Shown here in pieces: positions 1 to 12,382 of a stretch of 63,636 nt of DNA. Below the pieces are notes generated by a model. The model was given only the letters and a program-made list of their open reading frames with translations, was not told the DNA's origin and ran no database searches. Within the stretch, counting starts at the first letter, position 1. Every line of letters begins with the position of its first letter. This DNA comes from Okamejei kenojei (Eukaryota). Position numbers and translations under genes: made by a program. Where the stretch lies: contig CM069159.1 of the NCBI GenBank assembly GCA_035221665.1, positions 19,654,365 to 19,718,000 on the forward strand, read 5' to 3'.

Positions 1-299
1 AATGGAATTGGGATTTAAGTAAGGGGGGTAAGGAAATAAGAAAAATGTTAGGGGAACGGGAAAGTTTTTGGTTGAAAGAAAACGGATAATAGGATTATTG
101 GAATAGGTTGATGGGGATGTGAAGAAGTGGGAGTAGAGGTAGAAGAAGGGGTAGGTGGTTGAAGTGTGGAAGTAAGGGGTGGGAAGTAGGGGTTGGGGTG
201 AAAAGTGATAAAAGTTTTGATTCAGGGTGAAAGATGAAGGGGGGGGTTACATTAGAGTAGTTGGGGCCAACATGCACCTAAGTATACGGCGATCACCCG

Positions 300-2430
300 C
301 CCCCTCCAGATTGGTCTGCGCCGGTCAGTGACAGTATCTACATTATCTTCGCGTAGCAATGGAACCATTTGGCAGAAAGGTCGATCAAGCCAAGGATAGA
401 CTTGGGGACAATAATAAGATACAATAATAAAATTTCTCTATATGCAGATGATGTACGAAGAGATATTACAAGCCGAAATGAGATCAAATATTAAATCTAA
501 TAACGCAATGTTCGGCAGTCTCAGATATAGATTAATGGAATAAAAGCGAAAGCATTGTCAAAACGGATCATAATAGTCATATCCTACCTACTTTCAACTT
601 TAAAAACAGGTTGACGAAAAAGTTAAATATTCGAGTATTTTAGTAACTAAGGGATAGTTCTTTATCTTAAATCAAATTTTCGCTCTTTAATGAATAAACT
701 AAATAAGAATATTCAATACTGGAAAACACTTCTATGTCAATGTTCGGTAGAATTAATGCGATAAAAAATATTGATCGACGGCAATTATGGGACGATTTCA
801 ATCAAACCCGTTATATATTCCAAAATCGTTTTTTTTAAAGTAGACTAAACTGTTTCAAGTTTCATCTGGACTAACAAAATCATAGAATAAACAAAAAAAC
901 ATTTAGTAAAGCAAAGATTAATGAGTTTAGCTCTACCAAACTTTTTGTTTTATTTCTGGCATTTATAGTAAAAACATGAATTTTTTGGCTGGAAGAATTG
1001 GATCAACAACCAAATGGTTTAAGGTGGAAAAGGAGGTTTGTCTACCTTTTGAAATCGGTTTTCGATTATATTTGCACCGTACCGAACTAATAGCAACAAA
1101 AAAACTTATGGGGAAATCCCTATAATATATAGTGGTAAAACAGAATCCGGAAACCAACGTAAAAAGGCTCTAAAAACTGGATAATCTACCACTCTAGCTC
1201 CCTATTGTAAAACAACCCTTATTCAAACCCTCCTGCTAGAATAAAGGGCTTTATACAAGGAAAGGGAACGATGGGGAAGCTAAAGGGGGGAAAACACCTT
1301 ACAAAGAAAGGCACTTATCCTCTTCAGTCAGGAACGGCAACAGATGATGGGGTTCACTCAATTTTTGTGGTCGATATCTACAACTCAAGATATGTTAGGT
1401 CAAATACACAAGAATTATAGGTGAATAGTAACCAAAATCTGTGATGAATGTCTGAAAAGCATCCTAACACAGAAAATTTTAATAACTTATAATAGTATCA
1501 ACAGACCCGTGTAAGATAGTTAGATATCATCATCGGAATCATATGACCACACATGGGAAAAGAAATAAATCAACCATAACGAAAATATATGGGATAAAAG
1601 TTTATAATACATACATCAATGCTCGCTAATTCCGACATGCTCTAATACAATTTAAAGTTTTACATAGCGTTACATTATTCCAAAGTTAAATTAAATAGAA
1701 TCTTCCCTCAAAGATCGTTACCTGCGATAAATGTCAACATCTAGAGGCTAATTTAACACATACCTTTGCAAATTGTATAAAAAAAATTAAGAATTTGGGG
1801 GACTGAGATTGGTAGAATAACTTCGGAAGTTAGGAATACTAAACTGGATCCGGACCCAAAATAAAATTACGTGGAACAGCAGAACAAAGTTTAACTTCGT
1901 ACAACAATCAAAGCAATTTCCTAATACAGTATAATAATTGGGAAGAAATTAATATTAAAAATTGGAAAGGCCTCTATATCCCCACAATAAAAAGGGTTTA
2001 TGGAAATGTCGAGACCCTAACACCTGGAAAGAAATCAGATTTTGTTAATGGACAAACAAGAAGTGGGTGTGATAGAACTGGTCCTGCTTTCATTGATTAC
2101 TTAAAAGGGTAGAATGGTTCGGGGCCGGGAACTCCTAAACTGATACTTGGATTTTAGGAATATATGAAAAGTTATATTTTATATTCCTTGATCTTATCTC
2201 CTACGATGTATTAATAGTAAATATTCCTTTCTTTAGATTTTCTTGGTGGATGTAGATTTTTTATGTTATTTTTCGTACTGTTCTCCCTCTATAAACAAAA
2301 CAAACATTAGAGTCAAAATTATACACTTGATAATATTAATAATGTGTGCTTGTTGAACATGAAATATTGCTATCATAACATATGTTTGCTAAATCACTGT
2401 CTAAATACTCTAATAAAAATATATATTACA
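300..2430 (+). mobile_element. Degenerate L1-clade LINE, 3' part of ORF2 plus 3' UTR
   Basis: YADD codons (tatgcagatgat) near 441, C-terminal Cys/His knuckle remnants near 1670-1770, AATAAA near 2412. Clearly homologous to the copy at 59265-60365 but with many indels. Confidence 0.75.
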
Positions 2431-3162
2431 GAAGATGGAAAATATTGTGAATTTCTGCGTTTCTATGGCATAATTGTTCGCTGTTAATTGGGCAGAATCA
2501 ACCTCAGCAAACTGACAATATCTTTGAAAGGGAGTGGGTGTTTTAGCTGTCAGGACATTTTATTATTTTCTAAAATATACATCTCAATAGCATAATGATA
2601 GAAAACTTACTTTTGCACACACCACTCGTAAGTCTGGAGATTTTTTTAATGATAAATTTAGCTTCAAAAACGTTTTCTTTTTGCACTTGAGAACCATGGG
2701 CAATTATAAAATTTTACAGCCAGATTTATCACTTCTGAAACTTTTGGGATACCAAAGGAATCAAGAAAAAACACAAATAATGCCTTACTGTTGATGAAAT
2801 GCAGTGAGCAAACGCGAAAATTCACAATATTTTCTTTCTTGATAGCTGCAGCGGACAATGTTCGCCAACACTTTTAGTGTTTGTGGTCCCTCAGCTGTGG
2901 CTTCGCGCTACCATAATTTTGCCGCACTTTTGGGAATTCCTGACCATTTCGTCGTTTTTTAACAGTCCGCTATGCTGAAGCCATGGTAAGTACTTTACCG
3001 CACTGCACCACGTTAATCTAGTTGCGTTGCGTGGCAATAGTACAGTCACGGGTCTGGACCTCGACTGCCGTGCAACCTCCCTATATTTTCTATATATAGC
3101 TGACCATATCGGAACTCCTTAGAATATTAATAAAAAAATACCATTCTAATTTTGTTCACCAC

Positions 3163-4635
3163 CAGGCACATGCCGTCAGGTAAAGCAAGGGAGGTAGGGC
3201 CTACCCTGCCTATAATTATAAAATTGCTAATTATTAAATATTAATAGTAAGGCACGGGAGAATAATGCCTACTAAGAGACGATCTCTTAGGACGCATAAT
3301 TCTCCTGGCCTTTAATTTCCGCATACTTGTAACACGCCAAAGTATGTCCAAGTCGGTGCTGTCGACCTGACTTCACGTCTTCAATGACAACGGAGAAAAG
3401 GCAGCTGAAATTCTGCTTTGCAATGAGGACTTCTGTGCAGCTGCACATCACAAGTTTTTCAACATGGATGTCACTATCTTAAGAGTATCTTAAGAAACAA
3501 CAGAGAGAAGGAGTTTGTGTACAAATAATGTGGTAAATAAAATCTTTGAGCGACCGGATTTTCCCGAAACACATGAAGACGCACCGCCAGTTGAGTTGCA
3601 AATTTGAAAAAAAAAGGCTGGCGGGTACTTAGATTTTCGCTCACGCCAAAAAAATAAATAAAATTTAATTAAAAAATAAAGAAAGTAACAATTCAATTTG
3701 CCCAAGGCTTCCAGATCGCCTCCATGCTGAATGGGTGGAGGGTGGAGGGTGACGGCTGGTGGAGAGTTGGTGGGAAAACCGGCACCACAAACGAGACAAT
3801 TTCAATCATTTGTGAAACTTATTGGAATGACAAATACTAGTTCAAGGGACCAATTGGGAGGAGAGTTCCTTTCACAGCGTGTGGGGAGTCTGCCCTGGTC
3901 AGCACGGATAGGTGTGTTGAGGAAGGAAGGGTTGGGAGCACCGCATGGGCCTGGAGGGAATAGCCTCGGGTGCCTTGCGAGCGGTCGCTGTTCCTTAAAT
4001 TCCACTGCCGGCCAGAAGCAGGACAGGCCTCAAGTGGTGATGGCTGTGCTGGGTGTGCACCTGGTATGGCTCACTGCCCGGTCGTCTGTCTTTCGATGTA
4101 GCCGGACAGTGAGGGGGACCAGCTCAAGAGCAAAGATCATGGGAGAGCAAATTGGGGCCCAGCGGCGATGGTTAACAGACAGCGGCGGTGGAGCGTATAC
4201 CTTTGTCAGCGCAAGGGACCAAATGAGGTTACCGCTGACACAGTGTAAGCTCCACCGCCCACTCGCTGATCTTTAAATCCCGTCAGCTCCAACAATGAGG
4301 ATAGACTTTGGCAATCCCAATATAACAACATCTCTTGATCTTGCCTTACTGAGTATTGCCAAGTCTAGCTTTCGGCTAACAACCTAAACTTTGGCCTCCC
4401 AAGACGCGGGTACAGATTTTTGTCCTTATTTGTGAGTAAAAAAGAGCGCTCATTGCCGGGAAATACGTAGATGTTTAAATACTTATTAAGAGATCGGCTT
4501 TTAAGACAAATGACTTTTTAAAAGTCAACTGACTGCCTACCGGAGAGAGAAACATCTGCCCATGCGTAATTTTCAAAGATTTTTTTTAAAAGCGGACTGA
4601 CGCCTACCCTGATTAATTAGTCACGCACGTGCCTG
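3163..4635. mobile_element. Putative non-autonomous hAT-like DNA transposon
   Basis: Ends caggcacatgc / gcacgtgcctg are near-inverted repeats and gcctacc motifs recur subterminally. No TSD is visible because of the adjacent poly-G. Confidence 0.35.
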
Positions 4636-5797
4636 TGGGGGGGGGGGGGGGGGGGGGGGGGGTATTAGAACAGATGACCAGTTATAGCAGGATGTGGGAG
4701 AATGGGATGGGGGATTAGTTGGCAACAGGTAGAACCACGATTGGAGCAGAAAATGTGCAAGAATCCAGGGGAGGGAGAGGGCCGATGATGAGATGAAAGC
4801 TGATTGGGGAAAGGCCTAAATATAACATGGCCTTTCCATTCATCAATATTTAAAAATCTATATTGTGCATTTGTTTTAATTGATGGTAGTATTTTTATTT
4901 ATTGGATCATAATTTTGTTGAGGTACATTTATGAAATGAAGCCATTTTTAATTATTGTGAATATTGAATGGAAATGCATGAATTGGGGTTTAAAGTATTC
5001 ATTAGTTAACTGAATACAAAAGTAACCTAAACAAGTATTAAACTATAAGGCAATCTGAATATTTGAGAGTTGTATTTTAACAATTGTGAAACAAACAAAT
5101 ACTTGGCACAAATGGAATAGATACTAACAGTGAAAGAAACACAAAATTAAAACCAGTGATGGTGTTCATACCTAACCAATTCTTTACATTAAAACTGCAG
5201 ATGCTGGAAATCTGAATTGAAACAGAAAATATTGCAGACTATCAGTTGATCAGGCAGAATTTGTGAAAAAAAGAAACATTAACTGTTTCTCTTACGAGAG
5301 ATGTAAGCTGTTCTGCTGAGTGTTTCTACCTTTCTCTGCCTTTACTTTATGATCTTTTACCTTGGCTGCATAACTCCATATCCACGAGCAGCAGCTCTAC
5401 TCAACAGCCAAACGTCAGTAGCCTCCTTTTGCTCTGGTATTTTATTTAATTCTTCACATGTTTAAATTATAATGTTTTATTTTTAATTGTCTATGATATA
5501 TCGTGTTTTTACTTGCGAGCAAAGCACCAAGGCAAATTCCTTGTATGTATATATACTTGGCTAATACAATGTATTCAACCACAGACTACATTTAACAAAA
5601 ATATGACAATCAACAGTGCTGAATTACTTCTCATTGTTCTTGGTTAAAGCACATTACATTTAATTAGCCTGGTTTCCAATGGGGTGTGATTCTTATTAGT
5701 GTATATCGCTGTTTCTGAATGTGGTATGATATGCAAATAAATTAATACGCACATCTTATAGAAACTGAATTTTTACAGAATTATATAATTACTTTTG

Positions 5798-6060
5798 CAT
5801 AAATCTGTATTTGTGTTCCATTGTCCTTTTTACATGATGGAGTGAACACACCTGGTATCATCACCTTATGTGTAGTTATAAACAGAGTGACAAACAGAAC
5901 ATTTTGTTCAGTGATACCGTACAGAGTTTGAGGGGGTGAGGAATGCAGAGTGATTTGTTCATTTGGTAAGTAACATCAGGATACTCCCGGTGATGTCTGA
6001 AACCAGGCAACACGGAGCCAGGCATCCACACTTCCATGATGTAAATGCACAGCTTATCAC
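5798..6060 (-). pseudogene. Decayed, truncated copy of the Ig V exon
   Basis: Minus strand retains GSVDAWLRV, PDVTYQMNKSLCIPHPL, CTVSL and GTQIQ-like segments, with indels. It has lost the 5' part and the GT donor. Confidence 0.8.
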
Positions 6061-6457
6061 AAACTAATTGGGTAAAAAGCAAAGCTCAATACTCAGTCCG
6101 GATGTACTTCTTTGAAACAAGGAACTGCAGATCCTGTTTAACAATAGATACAGAGAGTTGGAGTAATTAACAGGTCAGGTAGCATCTCAGGACCTGGATT
6201 GCAAATGTCCATCTTCACCAGAGATGATGCCTGACCCACTGAGTTACTCCAGCACACTGTGTATACTGAAGTACCTCTTATTCATTTCGACTGAAACAAA
6301 ATTTGTTTCTTCAACTGATTTCTAATTGGTTGTGCTTGATAGTTATACTAACCTATCTGTAAATGTCTTGGTACAAATGTATCGCCGTTTAACATTACCA
6401 ATTTAATAATCATATAGTGCAGAATCTGGAGTCCCCATACTTTCGCAAATACGTTAC

Positions 6458-6805
6458 CATAAACCTGTATTTGTGTTCCTTGGCCCTTTTCGTAAATTGG
6501 AGGGAAGACATTTGGTGTCTTCACCACACAAGTGTAGTTGTAATCAGAGTGAGCAAACGATACATTTTCAATCTTCAGTGATACCGTGCAGTGTTTGAAA
6601 CCATCCCAGAGGGGGTGAGGAATGCAGAGCAAGTTGTTCATTTTGTAATTAACATCAGGCCCCCCTGGTGATGTCCGATACCAGTAAACGCAGAGCCAGG
6701 CATTCACTGTTCCATTATAAATAAATGTACAGTTTAACGTGACGGACTCGCCTCTCCGCACACTGACCAGACGTGGCTGGGCCAACTCTGTGATTAGCGG
6801 AACAC
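6458..6805 (-). CDS. Ig V-set (VJ-type) exon of paralogous receptor gene; intact frame, possibly part of a pseudogene
   Basis: Acceptor ttttccatcag and donor g|gtaacg, phase 1/1, 348 nt (same length as 34369-34716). Motifs VTLNC, WYR, LKIENV, YTC, GQGTQIQVY. Confidence 0.85.
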
Positions 6806-7585
6806 CTGATGGAAAATAAATTAATTTGTTATTTTTACTTCCATTAATATTCCAACATAAACTCACTTTAAATTACGCTGAAATGGGGCACATAAACAGA
6901 ATGCTGGAAGATCTCTGTGGGTCAAGCAGGATCTCTGGAGGCAAAAGGTTTAATAATATGATGTTTCAAGTGAGACCTTGCAATAGGATTTAGGGGGGGG
7001 AACAAAAGATAGCAAGTATATAACAGGATGGAGGAAGATGGGATGTGGCTAGTCAGAGATAGGAGGTACAATGGGCAAAGGGGTGGATGATGGGGAGATC
7101 AAACCAGATAAGAGAGGAGGTCTGAATTGAAGATTGGATTTCCATTGTATCAATTATTTTTCTTAAATAATATTTTGCCTTTTTCAGATTTAATTATAAA
7201 TTATAAATGTTATGTTGGTTTGTGATGCAATGTTCTGCCTGAATTTATTTCATTTGCAGACACCATCAGATGTATCCGAATGTTGCCATTATGATACTTG
7301 GCTGATAATTACTTCAAGTTCTGAAATGACTGCTAAAATCATAAGTATTAGGAGCAGATTAAGGCCAGTCAGCCCATCACTGCCATTCAATCATGTCTGA
7401 TCTATCTCTCCCCTTCAACCCCTTTCTCCTGCCTTCTCCTTAAAATGCCTGACACACATTTTAATCAAGAATCTGTCAATCTCCTCCTTACAAATATGTA
7501 CTTTTATTATAGCTTTTGATAAATGCCATCATTCCTTTTTGAAAAAATGTACATTACAACTTAAAATATCTAATCATTATACTAT

Positions 7586-7665
7586 CTTGCAGCAGGAGTT
7601 GAATCCTTCTCTAGTTCTGAATGTCCCTGGTGCTAATTAAACTCTCAGTCTATCCCCTGCTCCAA
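7586..7665 (-). pseudogene. Dead homologue of exon 1 (5' UTR/leader) of the + strand Ig gene; ATG changed to ATT
   Basis: Minus strand ttggagc...gagagtttaa...ccagggac..tcagaac...ggATTcaactcctgctgcaag aligns to 33480-33557 (...agATGcaactcctcctgaag). Confidence 0.7.
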
Positions 7666-7763
7666 GAGAACTTTGTATGACTTTGCCAGAAAACATCAGC
7701 TATTCCTTCCCTCCAGAGACGCTGCATGTCCCACTGATTTACTCCAGCAATTTGTGTCTATCT

Positions 7764-8739
7764 TGTGGCGCCACCCGGTGGTCAGGCCACTTACTATGCG
7801 AACCCTCGGCAGTCGGGTCACGTAGGGGTAATGGCGTAAACATAGGGGTCACGTAGGGGTAAAGGTAGGGTCACGTGACTGGGTAATGGTGGGAAGGAGT
7901 TGTCACGAGGTTTAGGGGTGTGCTCTAGTATAAGTATTCAACCCCTGGTCAGCCTTCCCCTTTTCATGTGTGTGTGTTGTTCTCTTTACTTCAGCAATAA
8001 TGATCTCTTTGATTCACTTGCTTATTCGCCCACCATATTGGTGACCTCGACGATCCTAAACGGTCATTTTGGATTTCAACGATGTTTGCAGCCAACGATC
8101 AACCTCAACAGCCCGAGGCTGCTGACAATCCAGAACGCTGTCTCCCTGAAGCTGCCCGTGTTCTGGATATCGCAGCCCCAGGTGTGGTTCCAACAGGCCG
8201 GGGCCCAGTTCCACGTTTGACGCATCACGGCCGCTGACACCCGGTACTACTATGTGGTCGGCGCATTGGATCAGGAGACAGCTGGTCGCCTGGTCCATTA
8301 CCATGCTCACCGCCGGATCAGGACAAATACGAGGGCCTTAAAGCGCTGCTCTTGCGGATTTTTTGGGCTCAACGGCCAGGGACCGCGCAGCGCAGCTCAT
8401 GCACATGGGCAGCCTCAGTGATAGCAAACCGTCGGAGCTGATGAGCGAGATGCTCACCCTCATGGACGGTCATCGGCCCTGCCTGCTCTTCGAACACGCC
8501 TTCTTGGAGCAGATGCCGGACGACAATGAGGATTTGTGCTCGCCTTCGGCAGTCAGGGGCAGGGTCACGTGACTGGGTAATGGCGGGAAGGAGTTGTTAT
8601 GAGGTTTAGGGATGTGCCCTAGTATAAGTATTCAGCCACGAGTCAGCCTTCCCCCATTCGCGTGTGTAGTGTTCTCTTCACTTCAGCAATAGAGATCTAT
8701 TTGATTCACCACGCATGGCTTGCTTATTCGCCCGCCATA
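7764..8739 (+). mobile_element. Internally deleted Ty3/Gypsy-like LTR retrotransposon nested in a Penelope-derived repeat
   Basis: 5' LTR 7764-8037 and partial 3' LTR ~8546-8739. PBS tggtgacctcgacg (tRNA-Trp-like) at 8039. Gag remnants LKLPVFW...WFQQA.AQF and KPSELM.EML. 4-bp TSD ATCT splits the host repeat. Confidence 0.85.
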
Positions 8740-10606
8740 ATCTTCGGTTTAAACCAGCATCTACATTTCCTTCCTACAACGGACTTTGCACGATTATAGG
8801 CGATATTTTTTTATATGACTACGATCCACTTTAATTATCAGTTCAATCACTAATAACTTATTGTACATTTATTTTTAATTGCATTTAATGTGCCTGTTAA
8901 GCACAGCAAGTAAAAACGTCATTGTTCCATTCATAAATTGTTCACATGACAATTAAATGATCTTGAGAATAACTGGGTCAGATTCCATCACTTTTGAGTA
9001 ATATGCATTTGGTAATATGTTGCTGTTCTCTACACAGCTCCAGTGACCTGGGTTCAATCCCAGCCTCTGAGCCTGGAATTTGCATGTTCAGCCCTATGAC
9101 TTAATGGGTTCCATCTGGGAACTTTAGTCTCCTCCCATGCCGTAAAAAAAAAATAAAGGTTGGTAGAAGAAAATCAAAAAAAAAAAATAAGTTCTTGAAA
9201 ATCTGAAGTAAAAAGTGCTTGAGAAACTCAGCAGGTCAGGCAACATCAGTGAAAATAAAGGCAATGTTCCATTGAAAACTTTTTGCAGTTCTAATAAAAG
9301 AGTTGCAGACCCAAAACACTGACCGTGTCACTTTCCACGGATACAACCTGACTCACTGGGCTTCCTTTTGTTTTATATTGGTGCGTGATTACTTGGTTAA
9401 ATGGTCACAGGATATAGATCAGTGGTAGATGATTCCACCACTAATCCACACCTTGCCCCCAGGGTGTAGATGAATGGTACATAGAATGGGGACTGGGTAG
9501 CTGATGTGGCAAATAAAGCGGTTTACAGGAGGATCATTTTAGGAATAAGATCCTTATTATTGGGGTGGACGCGTTGAAATGAAGGGTTTGTTTCCATGTT
9601 GTTTCACTCAACAGTATAACAAGTAAAACTCACATTGCATCATCACCTATGATTCAGGTCAATTTTCTGAAACCTTCGTTTTCAGGAAAAGCCACTTTCT
9701 TCTTCCTTGTGGAAGACGGCGCACAGCTCCGTGGAGAACTGAACAATCAGAAATGAACCTGTAGCCATTTGTATTGGGTAGAAGGCAAACTAAATAGACC
9801 TTAGGAGTGTCGGAAAGAACTGCAGATGCTGGTTTAAATCGAAGGTAGACACAAAATGCTGGAGTAACTCAGCGAGACAGATCTCTGGAGAGAAAGAATG
9901 TGTGACTGTTTGGGGTCGAGTCCCTTCTTCAGATACCACTTAGACATTTCCTGTGCTTGTTTTTGAGGCAGTCAGTTATTGGTGAATGGTTTTTGCATGT
10001 TCTCAATATTGCAGTGAAATTGTTTAAAATTAATAATGTTTTGTTTAAAAATTCATTCCATAGAAATGCTTCATAACAGTTCACTAATTTAATTATTAAT
10101 ACCCTAATTAATTATTTGCCATTTAATTATTGAAGTAAAATCTGTAAACTCCCCCCACAATTTTTGAACAGCTTATGTTTTAGCTTTCTCTGCTCAAAGC
10201 AGAATAATCTTAATGTTTTTAATTAAATTCAAATGTTTAATTAATTCTGAGGTTCAACCACGTAAATAAAATCCCACTTCCAAATTTTCCATTAAAATAC
10301 AAACATTTTGCATTGTAAAAACCCTCAGTCACGCAGCCACAGCCAATGAACTTACAAAATGGCAACCTTCCTTCTCCAGCTGTTCTGACATGATGCCTCA
10401 GCCAAGATAGAGGCAAGCTGCTCAGATCCGTGCTCCGGAGATCTAAGCTGCTTCTAGCCATTAGCTTCTGTAAATCTCCCCACAGACTGATCAAATAATC
10501 ACACCACTAACACGTTGGCTTTTGTTAAACTTTTGTAATCATTTCAATCTATGAGCTGATTCCATAATACACAAGCTGAAAGAAGGTTATTAACCAAAAC
10601 ACTGAC

Positions 10607-10670
10607 CTGTTGAGTATCTCTGCTCCAGTAGGAACACCATCAGTTGCAATAAAGTGTTTCCTGCCAACAT
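10607..10670 (-). CDS. Candidate alternative leader exon (MLAGNTLLQLMVFLLEQRYST-G) for the - strand V exon
   Basis: ATG, hydrophobic core and phase-1 donor g|gtcagt compatible with the V exon acceptor. No transcript evidence. Confidence 0.4.
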
Positions 10671-10810
10671 TCCCTTAATTTGGTACATTTCTTTCAAACT
10701 TCACAAAATGCAACTGTCACAGAATTCTCTTGTGCATTATATTCTCTTGTGCATCGCGGTCACAGTGGTTGAAGAGGCACATCTGACCACGTACAATTAG
10801 AGAGGATGTA

Positions 10811-12382
10811 CTGTGCATTTGGAAAGTATTCAGACCGCTTCACTTTTTCCATATCTCGTTACGTTACTGCCTTATTCAAAAATGGATTAAATTTTTTTTT
10901 TTAATCATCAACCTACCACCAATTTATCATCAATAAAAAAGCAAAAACAGGTGTTTAGAAATGTTTGCAAAGTAATTAAAATGAAATAACTGAAATGTCA
11001 CATTTACGTAAGTATTCAGACCCTTTACTCAGTATTTTGTTGAGGCACCTTTGGCAGCAATTACAGCCTCAAGTCTTCTTGGGTATGACGCTACAAGCTT
11101 GGCACCCCTGTATTTTGGTAATTTCTCCCATTCTTCTCTGCAGATCCCCTCAAGCTCTGTCAGGTTGGATGGGGAGCGTTGATGCACAGCTATTTACAGG
11201 TCCCACCAGAGATGTTCGATCGGGTTCAAGTTTGGGCTCTGGCTGGGCCACTCAAGGACATTCACAGACTTGTCATGAAGTCTCTCCTACGTTGCCTTGA
11301 CTGTGTGCTCAGGGTCGTTGTGAATCTCCGCCCCCAGTCTGAGGTCCAGAACGCTCTGCAACAGGTTTTTCATCAAGGATCTCTCCGTTCATCTTTCCCT
11401 CGATCCTGACTAGTCTCGCAGTTCCTGCCACTGAAAATCATCCCTACAGCATGAAGCTGCCACCACCATGCTTCACCGTAGGTGTGGTATTGACCAGGTG
11501 ATGAGTGGTGCCTGGTTTCCTCCAGTCATGATGCTTGGCATTTAGGCCAAAGAGTTCAATCTTGGTTTCATCAGACCAGAGAATCTTGTCTCATGCCTTA
11601 TGGCAAACTCCAATCGGGCTATCATGTACCTTTTACTGAGGAGTAGCTTCCGTTTGCCACTCTACCATAAAGGCCTGATTGGTGGAGTGCTGCAGATGTA
11701 GTTGTCCTTCTGGAAGGCTCTCCCATCTCCACAGAGGAACTCTGGAGCTCTGTCAGAGTGACCATTGGGTTCTTGGTCACCTCCCTGACCAAGGCCCTTC
11801 TCCCTTGATTGGTCAGTTTGGCCGAGCGGCCAGCTCTATGGAGTCCTGGTGGTTCTAAAGTTCTTTCATTTAAGAATGACAGAGGCCACTGTGCTCTTCG
11901 GGACCTGCAATGCTGCAGAAATTATTTCATACCTTTTCCCAGATCTGTGTCTCGACACAATCCTGTCTTGGAGGTCTACGGACAATTCTTTCGTCTTCAT
12001 GGCTTGGTTTTTGCTCTGACATACACTGTCAACTGTGGGACCTTATATAGACAGGTGTGTCCCTTCCCAAATCATGTCCAATCAATTTAATTTACCAGTG
12101 GTGAACTCCTATCAAGTTGTAGAAACATCTCAAGGATAATCAATGGAAACAGGGTGAACCTAAGCTCAATTTTGACTGTCACAGCAAAAAGGCTGACTAC
12201 TTATGTAAATGTGATATTTCAGTTATTTCTTTTTAATTACTCAGCAAAAATTTGTAAACACCTATTTTTGCTTCTTCATTCCTGGTTATTGTGTGTAGAT
12301 TGATGATTAAAAAAAAATCAATTTTAAAATATAGCTGTAACGTAAAGAAATGTTTATAAAGTGCAGGGGTTTAAATGCACTG
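10811..12382 (-). mobile_element. Tc1-family DNA transposon with degenerate transposase
   Basis: TA flanks on both sides, termini ctgtgcattt...aaatgcactg, inner DR aagtattcagacc repeated near 10825 and 11010. Transposase begins MKTKELSVDLQDRIVSRHRSG at 12000 (-) and is disrupted. Confidence 0.85.

Noticed and set aside
3731-4276. 181-aa ORF
   Set aside because: Inside a GC-richer putative transposon interior, with no recognisable motifs or splice structure.
10358-10418. Leader-like + strand segment MATFLLQLF* ending at a GC donor-like site
   Set aside because: In-frame stop, only weak similarity to exon 1, and no nearby + strand V exon.
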